Positions 23,152 to 33,730 of a stretch of DNA of 64,000 bases are shown here, piece by piece. Within the stretch, counting starts at the first letter, position 1, and each line of letters opens with the position of its first letter. Position numbers and translations under genes: made by a program. The stretch lies in assembly GCA_963774695.1 (NCBI GenBank), contig CAVZFY010000010.1, positions 199,899 to 263,898 on the forward strand. Reading direction: 5' to 3'. The DNA comes from an uncultured Chloroflexia bacterium (GTDB taxonomy: Bacteria; Chloroflexota; Limnocylindria; Limnocylindrales; CSP1-4). A model generated the notes under the pieces. That model searched no databases, was not told where the DNA came from, and saw nothing but the letters and a program-made list of their open reading frames with translations.

Positions 23152-24556
23152 TCAGCCCGCGGTGGCGAACGGGTCGGCGGTCGCGCCCTCGCGCGCCTGC
23201 TTCGAGCGCCCGGACGGGTCCAGGACGCGGCGGCCGGCGAGCCAGTCGTGGCTGACGCCCGGATGCATGCTGTGCACGATCACGAGGTCGGTCTCGATCG
23301 AGGCCGGGTCGGCGACCGACACCATGGCCACGCCGTCGTGCAGCTGCACGGCCGGGATGAGCGCGTCGGTGTAGCGGACGTTGGCGCCGCTGGCGCGGAG
23401 CCGCTCGAGCACCTCGAGGGCCGGCGACTCGCGCATGTCCTCGACGCCCGGCTTGTAGGCGACACCCACGACCATGCACGCTGGCGCCGCGGATCGCGAT
23501 GCCCTCGTCGGCCAGGTCGCGGATCGCCCGATCGACGATCTCGCTCGGGCGGGCGGCGATGCCCTCCATGGCGCGCTGCAGGACCGGGGCGGCCGTCCGC
23601 TCGCGGCGCAGCTGCCACAGCAGGTAGTGCGGGTCGCACGGGATGCAGTGCCCGCCGACGCCGACGCCGGCGTTGAACGGCATGAAGCCGAACGGCTTGG
23701 TGGCTGCTGCCGTCGACGACCTCGTCGTACTGGAGGCCGAGCGACATCGCCGCCGACTCCATCTCGTTCGCGAACGCGATGTTCACGGCGCGGAACGAGT
23801 TCTCGAGCAGCTTGGTGAACTCGGCGGCCTCCGCGGAGCTGACGGTGTGCACGGGAGCGACGCGGCCGATGACCTCGGCGGCGCGGCGCACGCAGGCCGG
23901 CGACACGCCGCCGATGACGCGCGGGACCGTCCGCTGGGAGTAGTGCGCGCGGCCCGGATCGATGCGCTCGGGCGCGAAGGCCACGAACACGTCCGTGCCG
24001 ACCGTGAAGCCGCGCTCGGTGAGCGGGTCGACCACGAGGTCGCGGGTGCAGCCGACGTAGCTCGTGGAGGTCAGGATGATCACCTGGCCGACGCGGGCGT
24101 TCGCGACGACGGTGGCGCAGGCCCCCTTGAGGGCGGTCGAGGTCCGGTGCCAGCGACTCGTCGACCGGCGTCGGGACGCACACCATCACCGCGTCGGCCG
24201 CGGCGATCGGCCGCGGAGTCGTCGGTCAGGTGGAGTCGGTCGCCGCGAAGGGCGGTCGACAGGCGGACGTGGTCCTCGGGCAGGATGTCGACCGACAGCT
24301 CGCGGATCGCGGCGATCCGGCTGCGGCTGATCTCGAGGCCGATGACGGTGCAGCCGATCTCCTCGAGGCCGAGGGCGATCGGGAGGCCGACGTAGCCCAG
24401 GCCGACGACCGCGACGGTCGGGAGGTCGAGCGGGCGGACGACGGCCGCGAGCATCGCGGCGTCCGCCTCGTTGACGTCCATGACGCGCATGTCGTGCTCG
24501 GAGAGGGGATCGCGGCGCAGCATCGAGGCGTCGGGCGGATCAACGTGAAGGGTCAT
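23152..24556 (-). CDS. Nucleotide-sugar dehydrogenase (UDP-GlcNAc/ManNAc 6-dehydrogenase family); frameshifted
   Basis: 'VVGLGYVGLP', 'CVPTP', 'FAPERIDPG', 'KLLENSFRAVNIAFANE', 'GVGGHCIP', 'GVAYKPGVEDMRESP'. Confidence 0.92.
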
Positions 24557-24700
24557 GGAACGGAGCCCTCTGGGCCAGTGACGGCGGGGATGCCGCGCTC
24601 ACCCACCTACCCCAGGTGAGGTCGCGGTCGAGATGTGGATAAGTGCTTGTGCCGCTGTTGCGGCGGTGGCGAGGAGCTGGCTGGGAGCGGCTGATAAGAG

Positions 24701-24736
24701 CCAGATCAGATAATCAGTACGATCTGACCATGTCAA
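24701..24736 (-). promoter_or_regulatory. Putative sigma70 promoter (perfect TTGACA) overlapped by a CAGATC...GATCTG inverted repeat
   Basis: The minus strand reads TTGACA-17 nt-TTATCT in an AT-rich patch; inverted repeat at 24702-24707 and 24721-24726. Confidence 0.45.
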
Positions 24737-24876
24737 GGTAGTACCCGGACCTTGCAGGCTTGTTTTCGCGGTCTGTGGTGACACGGGTCACCGAAACGGG
24801 TCGAATCGGGGTCATGGGACCCACCCGGACCCCCGTCGGGGGTCGGTGCGCGGACGCGCCGGATACACTCGGGTCC

Positions 24877-26162
24877 ATGGCCGAGACCACGAACCTGGAC
24901 ACCTCGCCCGCCGCCGCCGTCGCCCGTCGGGCCCCCCTGCCGCCTGTGCGGCCGGCCCCTCACGATCACGTTCGTCGACCTCGGGGCAGTCGCCGCTGTG
25001 CGAGCGGTTCCTGACCGCGGCCGAGCTCGACGAGATGGAGCCCTTCTACCCGCTCCATGTCCGGGTCTGCGGCAACTGCCTGCTGGTCCAGCTGCCCGAG
25101 TACGTGTCGCCCGACGAGATCTTCCGCGAGTACGCGTACTTCTCGTCGTTCTCGGACAGTCGTGGGTCGAGCACGCGCGTCAATTCGCCGACACCATGAT
25201 CGAGCGGCTCGGCCTCGGACCCGACAGCCGCGTCGTCGAGGTCGCCAGCAACGACGGCTACCTGCTCCGGCACTTCGTCGCGCGCGGCGTGCCGGTCCTG
25301 GGCGTCGACCCGGCGCGCAACGTCGCCGAGGCCGCGCGCGGCCCAGGGCGTCCCGACGCTGGCCGAGTTCTTCGGGCGTCGCGCTCGCCGAGTCGCTGCT
25401 CGCCTCGGACGGCCCGGCCGACCTGATCGTCGCCAACAACGTCTACGCGCACGTGCCGGACCTGCACGACTTCACCGGCGGGCTTCAAGGTGCTCCTCGC
25501 GCCCGGCGGCACGATCTCGATCGAGTTCCCGCACCTCGTCCGGCTGATCGAGGGGAACCAGTTCGACACGATCTACCACGAGCACTTCTCGTACTTCTCG
25601 CTGCACACGTCGTCGGCGGCCCTCGCCGCGCACGGCCTGCGGGTGTTCGACGTCGAGGAGCTGCCGTCGCACGGCGGCTCGCTGCGCCTGTTCGCGGCCC
25701 ACGAGGACGATCCCCGGCCGACCTCGGAGCGGGTCGTCGAGCTGCTCGCGCGCGAGCAGGCAGCGGGCTACACGACCGTCGAGGGCTACCCGCCGTTCGC
25801 CGAGCGCGTCGCGGCCACCAAGCGGGCGCTGCTGGCGTTCCTCGTCGCCGAGCGGGACGCCGGCCGGACGATCGCCGCCTACGGGGCGCCGGGCAAGGCC
25901 AACACGCTGCTCAACTACTGCGGCATCGGGCCCGACCTGATCTCGTTCACCGTCGACCGCAACCCGTACAAGCACGGCCGGTTCACGCCGGGCATGCGCA
26001 TCCCGATCCGGCCGCCCGAGGCGCTCGACGCCGACCGGCCCGACGTCGTGGTGATCCTGCCCTGGAACCTGCGAGCGCGAGATCGCGGCACAGCTCGCGC
26101 CGTTGCGCGCGGCCGGCACCCGCCTGGTCGTCCCGATCCCGGTGGTCGAGGTCGTCGAGTGA
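24877..26162 (+). CDS. NDP-hexose C-methyltransferase (Zn-binding N-domain, SAM domain, Methyltransf_14 C-domain), copy 1; frameshifted
   Basis: 'CRLC...FVDLG.SPLC', 'VCGNCLLVQL', 'EVASNDGYLL', 'FDTIYHEHFSYF', 'HGGSLR', 'YGAPGKANTLLN', 'LPWNL'. Confidence 0.9.
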
Positions 26163-26187
26163 GCCACGGCGCGGTGCGCCCAGCGGC

Positions 26188-26985
26188 ATGAAGGTCGTCC
26201 TGTTCTGCGGGGGCCAGGGCCTCCGCCTGCGTGAGAGCAGCGACGTCCTGCCCAAGCCGATGACCCGGATCGGGTACCGGCCGATCCTGTGGCACGTGAT
26301 GCGCTACTACGCGCACTACGGCCACCAGGACTTCGTGCTCTGTCTCGGCTACCGGGCGGACGTGATCAAGGACTACTTCCTGCGCTACGACGAGGCGGTG
26401 TCCAACGACTTCGTGCTCAGCCCGGGGCGCCAGGTGGAGCACCTGTCCACGGACATCGCCGACTGGCGGATCACGTTCGCCGACACCGGGGCGCGGACCC
26501 TCATCGGGCAGCGCCTGCTCCGCGTCCGCCACCACCTCGAGGGCGAGGACATGTTCCTGGCGACGTATGGCGACTGCCTGACCGACGTGAACCTCGACGA
26601 GGTCGTCGAGCAGTTCAAGGCCTCTGGTCGCGTCGCCGCGTTCATCAGCGTCCCCGCGAAGGGCTACCCGTTCCACCTCGTCGAGTTCGGCCAGGGCGAC
26701 CAGGTGACGGGCGTCCGGGACCCGGTCGATGCGGGCCTGCGGATCAACGGCGGGTACTTCGTGTTCCGGCCCGAGATCTTCGACTACATCAAGCCCGGCG
26801 AGGAGCTCGTCGAGGCGCCGTTCCACCGCCTGATCGCCGAGCGCCAGCTGCTGGCCGTGCGCCATGACGGATACTGGGCGCCGATGGACACGCTGCGCGA
26901 CGTGCACCGCCTCGAGGCCGAGGCGGAGTCGGGACGGCCGCCCTGGGCGCCCTGGCTCGCGGCCACCGGGAACGCCGCCCGTTGA
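26188..26985 (+). CDS. rfbF: Glucose-1-phosphate cytidylyltransferase-like nucleotidyltransferase, copy 1
   Basis: 'MKVVLFCGGQGLRL', 'PKPM..IG.RPILWHVM', 'TYGDCL', 'INGGYFVF', 'HDGYWAPMDTLRD'. Confidence 0.88.
   Translation: MKVVLFCGGQGLRLRESSDVLPKPMTRIGYRPILWHVMRYYAHYGHQDFVLCLGYRADVIKDYFLRYDEAVSNDFVLSPGRQVEHLSTDIADWRITFADTGARTLIGQRLLRVRHHLEGEDMFLATYGDCLTDVNLDEVVEQFKASGRVAAFISVPAKGYPFHLVEFGQGDQVTGVRDPVDAGLRINGGYFVFRPEIFDYIKPGEELVEAPFHRLIAERQLLAVRHDGYWAPMDTLRDVHRLEAEAESGRPPWAPWLAATGNAAR
26241..26561 (+). repeat. Left arm of a ~320 bp near-identical inverted repeat, inside rfbF copy 1
   Basis: Matches the reverse complement of 29130-29451 with 3 synonymous substitutions and 1 indel (compared by eye). 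Confidence 0.92.
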
Positions 26986-27636
26986 TCGCCCCGCTGCGGA
27001 TCGAGGCCCCGGCCGACCGGCCACTGCGGCTGCTCGCGCTCGGCGCCCACCCCGACGACATCGAGATCGGCGCGGCGGGCCTCGTGGCACGGCTCGTGGC
27101 GGAGGTCCCGTCCCTCGCGGTCCGCTGGCTGATCGCCACGGGCGCGGAGCCGCGGATCGACGAGGCACGCCGGGCCGCGGACGGCCTGCTGGCGGGCGTC
27201 GCCGAGGCGCAGGTGGACATCGCCGGCTTCCGCGACAGCTACCTGCCCGTACCAGGGCGACGGACCCAAGGGCTGGCTCGCGGGCCACGCCGGGTTCGCG
27301 CCGGACATCGTGCTCAGCCCGTGGCGCGGCGACGCCCATCAGGACCATCGGCTGCTGGGCGAGCTCGTCTGGCAGGTGTTCCGCGACAGCCTCGTGCTGG
27401 AGTATGAGATCCCCAAGTTCGACGGCGACCTCGGTCGGCCCAACGTGTTCGCGGCGCTCGACGAGCCCGCGGCGGAGCGCAAGGTGCGCGCCGTCCTCGA
27501 CGGCTTCCCGAGCCAGCAGGGCCGTCGGTGGTTCAACGCCGAGACGCTGTGGGCGCTGATCCGGCTGCGCGGCCTTGAGGCCGGCGCCGAGAGCGGCTGT
27601 GCCGAGGCGTTCCACGGCACCAAGATCAGGATCTAG
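26982..27636 (+). CDS. PIG-L/LmbE family deacetylase; frameshifted
   Basis: '[10 protein letters not shown]', 'DAHQDH', '[13 protein letters not shown]'. Confidence 0.88.
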
Positions 27637-27644
27637 GAGACCCG

Positions 27645-28682
27645 TTGCGCATCCTCGTCACCGGCCACCTCGGCTACATCGGCACCGTCCTCACCCCGAT
27701 GCTCATCGACGCGGGCCACGAGGTCGTCGGCCTCGACAGCGACCTGTACGAGAAGTGCACGTTCGGCGCGCCGCCCGCGGTCCCGGCGATCGCGGACGTC
27801 GAGTGGCTGCGGACCGACGTCCGTGACGTCACCGCCGAGCAGCTCCACGGCTTCGACGCGGTGCTCCACCTGGCCGCCCTGTCCAACGACCCGCTGGGCG
27901 ACCTCGACGAAGACCTGACGATGGCGATCAACCACCGCGCCTCCGTCCGGCTCGCGGAGCTGGCGAAGGAGGCCGGGGTCGGGCGCTACGTGTTCTCGTC
28001 GTCGTGCAGCAACTACGGCGCGGGCGGCGACGGCCTGCTCGACGAGTCGGCGGCGCTGAACCCGGTCACCGCGTACGGCCGGTCCAAGGTGCTCACGGAG
28101 CGCGACGTCGCCCCGCTCGCCGACGACCGGTTCAGCCCGGTCTTCCTGCGCAACGCGACGGCGTACGGCGTCTCGCCGCGTCACCGCTTCGACATCGTCG
28201 TCAACAACCTGACCGCCTGGGCGGTGACCACCGGCAAGATCATGCTCAAGAGCGACGGGACGCCCTGGCGGCCGCTGGTCCACATCGAGGACATCGCGCG
28301 GGCCTTCATGCTCGTCCTCGACGCGCGCCGGGACCTCGTCCACGGCGCGGTGTTCAACGTCGGGTCGTCGGACGAGAACTACCGCATCCGCGAGGTCGCG
28401 GAGATCGTGGGCGACGTCGTGCCCGACTGCGAGGTCTCGTTCGCCGACGGCGCGTCGCCCGACCTGCGCGACTACCGGGTGGACTGCTCGCACATCGCCC
28501 GGACGCTCGGCTACCACACGACCTGGGACGTGCTGCGCGGCGTCCAGCAGCTCTACGCGGCGTACAAGGCGATCGGGCTGTCGCTCGACGAGTTCGAGGG
28601 GCCGAAGTTCCAGCGGATCGCGCACATCCGCGAGCAGCTGGCCGACGGCCGGCTCGACGCGCAGCTCCGCCGGCAGGACTGA
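27645..28682 (+). CDS. NAD-dependent epimerase/dehydratase (extended SDR)
   Basis: '[11 protein letters not shown]', '[11 protein letters not shown]', 'SSSCSNYG', 'YGRSK', 'LRNATAYG'. Confidence 0.93.
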   Translation: MRILVTGHLGYIGTVLTPMLIDAGHEVVGLDSDLYEKCTFGAPPAVPAIADVEWLRTDVRDVTAEQLHGFDAVLHLAALSNDPLGDLDEDLTMAINHRASVRLAELAKEAGVGRYVFSSSCSNYGAGGDGLLDESAALNPVTAYGRSKVLTERDVAPLADDRFSPVFLRNATAYGVSPRHRFDIVVNNLTAWAVTTGKIMLKSDGTPWRPLVHIEDIARAFMLVLDARRDLVHGAVFNVGSSDENYRIREVAEIVGDVVPDCEVSFADGASPDLRDYRVDCSHIARTLGYHTTWDVLRGVQQLYAAYKAIGLSLDEFEGPKFQRIAHIREQLADGRLDAQLRRQD

Positions 28683-28711
28683 TCCCGAGGCCCGTCGCAC
28701 CCGGGCGACGG

Positions 28712-29504
28712 TCAGGACGGGCCGGGCGCCGGCTCCCGCCATCGGGCCCAGGGCGGGTTGCCCTGCTCCTCGAGCGACTCCAGGGTCGCGAGGTCCTTGA
28801 GCGTGTCCATCGAGACGTAGAAGCCGTCGTGGCGGAAGGCCGCGAGCTGGTCCTCGGCGACGAGCCGGGTGAACGGCTCCTCGACCAGGTCCTCGTTGCC
28901 GCGGACGTAGTCGAAGATCTCGCGCCGGAACATGTAGTAGCCGCCGTTGATCCAGATCCCGGCGTCGTGGGCGTCGGCGATGTCGGTGATCTCGCCCTGG
29001 GCGTCCGCGCGCACGACGTGGAACGAGTAGGCGGGCCTCGCCGCGATGAGCCCGGCCACCTTGCCGCTCTCGCGGAACGCGGCCACGATCTGGTCCAGCG
29101 GGGCGTCCGTGACGACGTCCCCGTAGTTGGCCAGGAACATGTCCTCGCCCTCGAGGTGGTGGCGGACGCGGAGCAGGCGCTGCCCGATGAGGGTCCGCGC
29201 CCCGGTGTCGGCGAACGTGATCCGCCAGTCGGCGATGTCGGTCGGACAGGTGCTCCACCTGGCGCCCCGGGCTGAGCACGAAGTCGTTGGACACCGCCTC
29301 GTCGTAGCGCAGGAAGTAGTCCTTGATCACGTCCGCGCGGTAGCCGAGGCAGAGCACGAAGTCCTGGTGGCCGTAGTGCGCGTAGTAGCGCATCACGTGC
29401 CACAGGATCGGCCGGTACCCGATCCGGGTCATCGGCTTGGGCAGGACGTCGGTGGTGCCGGGGAGCCGCAGCCCCTCACCGCCGCAGAACAGGACGACCT
29501 TCAC
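28712..29504 (-). CDS. rfbF: Glucose-1-phosphate cytidylyltransferase-like nucleotidyltransferase, copy 2; one frameshift near 29243
   Basis: 'MKVVLFCGGEGLRL', 'NYGDVVTD', 'WINGGYYMF', 'HDGFYVSMDTLKD'. Confidence 0.87.
29130..29451 (-). repeat. Right arm of the ~320 bp inverted repeat, inside rfbF copy 2
   Basis: Reverse complement of 26241-26561. Confidence 0.92.
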
Positions 29505-30759
29505 CCGGCGAGCCTACCCGACGCGGGCGGGCCGACGTCGGCGAGCGTCGGGAGCGGCACCACGAAACGGGTCCGGCCTGCCAGCTCCGGAAGCTGGGCG
29601 ACGACCTCGGCCGCGAGGTCCCAGGTGAGGACGAGGAGCTCGTCGGGCGGCGCGTCGACGAGGACGCCCGGGTCGCGGATCGGGATGCCGGTCCCCGGCA
29701 GGTACCGGCCGTGCTTGGCGGGCGATCGGTCGACGGTGAACGGGAGGTCATCGACCGTCACGCCCGCGGCATTGAGCAGGGTCACCGCGCGGGTCGGGGC
29801 GCCGTAGCCGACGACCGTCCGGCCGGCGGATGCCGCCTGCTCGAGGTGGGCACGGACTGCCGCGCACAGGTCGGCGACGCGCCCGGCGAGGCTCGCCAGG
29901 AACGCGGGGTCCTCGAGGCCGGCCGAGCGCTCGCCGCGCAGGACGGCGTCGACCGAGCCGTCGGGCGCCGTCGCCTCGTTCGGGGGCGCCCCGGTGGGCC
30001 TGACCGTGATCCGCAGCGCGCCACCGTAGACCGGCTGGTGGGTCGCCCGGGTCACGACAAGGCCGTGGCGGGCGAACAGCGGCACCAGGGCGGCCAGCGT
30101 GAGATAGCTGAAGTGGCCGTGCCGGACCGCGTCGAACTGGACCTCGCCGATCGTCGACCCCGCGTGGTCGAACTCGACGACGGCCGTCCCGCCGGGGGCC
30201 AGGAGCCAGGCGATCGCGGCGACGCCGGCGTCGAGATCGGGCAGGTGGGCGAGGCGGTAGACGTCGATCAGCAGGTCGGCGGACCCGGGTGGCACGTCGT
30301 CCGCGTCCTCGTCCTCCGGGTCGGCCTCGATCACGCGATGACCGTCGGCACGCAGCGACGCGGCGCGCCAGTCGACCGCCTCGTACACGATCGCCTCGAT
30401 CCCGCGCTCCCGCAGCATCGGCGCGACGTGGCCGCCGTGGCTGGCGAGGTCGACGACCCGGCCGTCGGGACGGAGCAGCCCGGCCGCGGTCCAGCTCGTC
30501 GAGGAGACGCCCGACGTGCGCGGCCATCGTCGCCGACGACGTCCACGCCGCGGCGCCGACGAGGTCCTCCTCCGGCGGCGAGTCGCCCAGGAGCTGGAAC
30601 AGCCCGCAGGCCGGGACATCGCCCGAGCACGAGCGGCCATTCCGCGACCGGGGGCGTCAGCGGCGTCTCGGGAAAGGAGTCGGCCCGGGGCTGCCGGCCG
30701 AGGTCGAGGACGACGTCCGGGTCGGCGGCATGGCAGGCACGGCAGGCGCCGGTGGGCAC
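29501..30759 (-). CDS. NDP-hexose C-methyltransferase, copy 2 (divergent paralog); frameshifted
   Basis: 'CRAC...LDLGRQPRAD', 'VDLASHGG', 'QFDAVRHGHFSYL', 'YGGALR', 'YGAPTRAVTLLN', 'LTWDL'; AGGAG SD. Confidence 0.85.
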
Positions 30760-31042
30760 TGGCGGGTGTCTCCTCGTCCTGGGGCGGGTCGTGCCTGCTC
30801 GGCACGTCGCGGGGCCCACCTATCATCGCGCCCCCGGTGACGCGGCGCAGCGAGGTGCGTCCTGTCACCACCCGTTCCGCCGCGTCGAGCGCCGTCGGTC
30901 CCGGGACCCGCAGGTGCGCTCCGGGGCGGTGAGGGTGGTTACGTTGTGACCTTCCGCGCACCACCCTGCTCCATAGGTGCTCTGGCGCCAGCCGGGCGTA
31001 GACCACATCCTTCGGCTCAAACCTGGATCGGGGCCTGCCCCT

Positions 31043-31124
31043 GTCCACGAAAAGGCACACCCGTCGCGAGGCGGGGCCGCAAAGCCACGGGACTCCCTGA
31101 GTCAGCCGGGTTGCCGAATGGTGG
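31043..31124 (+). ncRNA. Cyclic di-GMP-I (GEMM) riboswitch
   Basis: CCACG-AAAA-GGCACAC-CCGTC-GCGA-GGCGG-GGCCGC-AAAGCC-ACGG-GACTC-CCT-GAGTC-AGCCGGGTTGCCGAATGG. Shows a GNRA-capped P2, the GCAAAGC junction, P3 and the P1 closure, about 10 nt upstream of an ATG. Confidence 0.9.
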
Positions 31125-31133
31125 TGGTATTGC

Positions 31134-33643
31134 ATGTTTTGGGATGGGGAGCGCTGGCTCCCGGACCAGCCGCGCGTCGTCAAGACGCCCTCCAGGCCCC
31201 GCCCAGCCCTCCGCACGCCGTCCTCGCGGCTGGCTGGCGAGCGGCGTGGCAGTGGTCGCGATCGTCGGGCTCGTCATCCCGATCGTGACCGTCTCCGCCG
31301 CCGGTGGGGATGGTCGAACGCTCCTCGCGAAGTGGTCCGCCGTCTCCGACGTCTCCGTCCAGCAGGAGTCGAGTGACCGGCTCACGTACCGCGGCACCTG
31401 GTTCACCGCCTTCTATCCGGACTACCTGAGCGGCAAGGCCCGCGCGACCGATACGGCGGGTGCCAGCGTCGGCCTCAGGTTCCATGGAGCGGGCGTGTCG
31501 TGGATCGGCCCCATGGGCCCGACGCGTGGCTCGGCGAAGGTCTACATCGACGGCAAGCTCACCGCCACCGTGAGCTCGTTCTCGACCGCCTTCCGGCCGA
31601 CCCGCGTGCTGTACCGCAAGGCCTGGGACAAGGCCGGCAGCCATCGCATCCGCGTCGTCGCCGACGGCACGCCGGGCCACCCGACCATCGCTGTCGACGC
31701 GCTCATCATCCGCTCCGACACCAACGACGACGTCGGGCCCCGTCGACGACACCGGCAACCCGATCGGGACCCCGGTCCCCGACCCCTCGCCGAGCGTCAA
31801 GCCCGACCCGACTCCGACGCCGACGCCCGTTCCCCCGCTGGAGCCGGCGAAGCACACGCCTGCGCCGACCCCGACGCCGACCCCTGCGCCGACGCCCACG
31901 CCCACGCCGGTGCCCGCCGACGCCCGCACCTACGCCCACCCCGACGCCGGTACCGACGCCCACGCCCACGCCGGCGCCCCCGCAGGCACCGACCCCGACC
32001 GTGGCGCCCACGCCGACGCCCACGCCCGTGCCGACGCCGACGCCGACGCCGGTACCCACGCCCACGCCCACCCCGCGGCCCACACCGACGCCGACGCCGC
32101 GACCCACGCCGACGCCCACGCCGGTCCCGACACCCACGCCCACCCCGCGGCCGACGCCCACGCCGACCCCGGTTCCCACGCCGACCCCGACGCCGGTGCC
32201 GACCCCGACGCCGACGCCGGTTCCCACGCCGACGCCCACCGTCGCGCCCCCCGTGATCGGCTCCATCCTCGTGTCGAACGTCACCCAGAACGCCGCGACG
32301 ATCACGTGGACGCTCAACATGCCCGCCACGGGCCAGGTGCAGTACGGCACGACGACGGCCTACGGGGCCGCCTCGACGCCCGAGCTGAGCTACAACTACT
32401 CGTCGCACGCCCAGGCCATCTCGGGCCTGAGTGCCGGAACCCTGTACCACTTCCGGGTCACGTCGACCAACGCGGGCGGCGCCACGGTGAGCTCGGGCGA
32501 CCAGGTGTTCACGACCCTGGCCGCACCGGTTCCCACGCCGACACCCGTGCCGACGCCGACCCCCACCCCGGTGCCGACGCCCTCGCCGACGCCGGTCCCG
32601 ACGCCGACGCCCACACCCCCGCCGCCCCTCGGCGGGTCCTCGAGCTGCACCCGCAACGTCAACGTCGACGCGAGTGGCAACAGCGGACGTGACGCTCGTC
32701 GCTCCAGAGCTTCATCGACGCCAGCCCCAACGGGTCGACGATCTGCTTCGCCAGCGCGGGCCAGTACAGGGTCAACGGCACGCTGCATCTCTCGAACCGG
32801 AGCAACCTCACGTTCGAGGGCAACAACGCCACGATCTTCCAGACGACGCGCTCAACGACGCGGATCTGGCTCATCGACAACGGCGGCAGCGGCATCACGA
32901 TGCGCAACCTCACGATCCGGGGCGCGAACCCGAACCCCGGCAAGTGGGACGTCACCTACGAGCACAACCACGCCATCCAGGTCGGTGGCGCGGTCCGCCT
33001 CGACTTCGACCACATCGCCGTCCAGAACGTCGGCGGTGACGCCCTGGGTGGCTACCTGTCGGGCGGCGCCAACCGCTGCGCCGACTCGATCCAGCTCCAC
33101 AACTCGAGCTTCGACGGGATCGGGCGCATGGGCGTCACGATCACGGACGGCGCCACCAACGTCGTCGTCGACTTCAACAGCTTCCGCCGCATCGGCTACT
33201 ACACCTGGGACATCGAGCCCAACGGCGCGACCGTCGGTGGCCAGCCTCGCCGGCGGCGAGCACGTCCAGTTCTCGGACAACAGCATCGGGACGAAGCCCT
33301 ACGGCGACTACCCGACCGACCCGACCCAGGCGACGGCTACGTCTTCGTCGTCACGGACGCCTCGGGCGGCGGCCCGGCCGTCGACATCGAGCGTCTCCCG
33401 GAACACCATGCTCGACACGACGATGGGTGTGTTCAAGATCGGCGTGTTCGGCAGCTCGACCCGCCAGAACTTCCGCATCAGTCGACAACACGGCGGCGAC
33501 CCGCGCGGCCGGGCCCGTGATGGTCTTCTCGGCGGTCAGCGGCCTGACCGTCACCGGGAACAGGCAGCCAGCTGAGCTCGGGGTCGCTCGCGAGCACCTC
33601 CGGCTGCTCATCGGTCAACGTCTCGGGCAACGTCACGAACTGA
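31134..33643 (+). CDS. Large secreted or membrane-anchored surface protein: WDGxxW N-motif, TM/signal, beta-sandwich, Pro-Thr linker, FN3, Pro-Thr linker, right-handed beta-helix; multiply frameshifted
   Basis: 'MFWDGERW', '[14 protein letters not shown]', '[10 protein letters not shown]', (PT)n, FN3 'ATITWT...GQVQYGTT...[12 protein letters not shown]', beta-helix '[12 protein letters not shown]...DIEPN'; ends '[10 protein letters not shown]'. Confidence 0.8.
31800..32240 (+). repeat. Coding tandem repeat (CCGACG/CCCACG)n encoding a Pro-Thr linker; a second tract lies at 32525-32620
   Basis: Imperfect 6-nt units grouped into 24-nt blocks such as PVPTPTPT and PRPTPTPT. Confidence 0.9.
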
Positions 33644-33672
33644 CCCGACCGCTCCAACCGGCACTCGATCGC

Positions 33673-33705
33673 AACGGCCCCTCGGCACCGAGCCGGGGGG
33701 CCGTT
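33673..33705 (+). terminator. GC-rich stem-loop after the Pro/Thr-rich gene
   Basis: Inverted arms AACGGCCCC and GGGGCCGTT; no U-tract. Confidence 0.45.
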
Positions 33706-33730
33706 CGCACCTCCCGGGTACCATCGCCGG

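Noticed and set aside
24557-24876. Replication origin
   Set aside because: Only one perfect DnaA box, no box cluster or clear unwinding element, and no dnaA, dnaN or parAB nearby.
30946-31133. ORF-track N-terminal extension of the Pro/Thr-rich protein
   Set aside because: It overlaps the c-di-GMP riboswitch; the likely start is ATG 31134 followed by a frameshift.
31800-32620. Tandem repeats as a possible CRISPR array or noncoding VNTR
   Set aside because: They are degenerate 6-nt codon pairs encoding Pro-Thr linkers, with no unique spacers and no cas genes.
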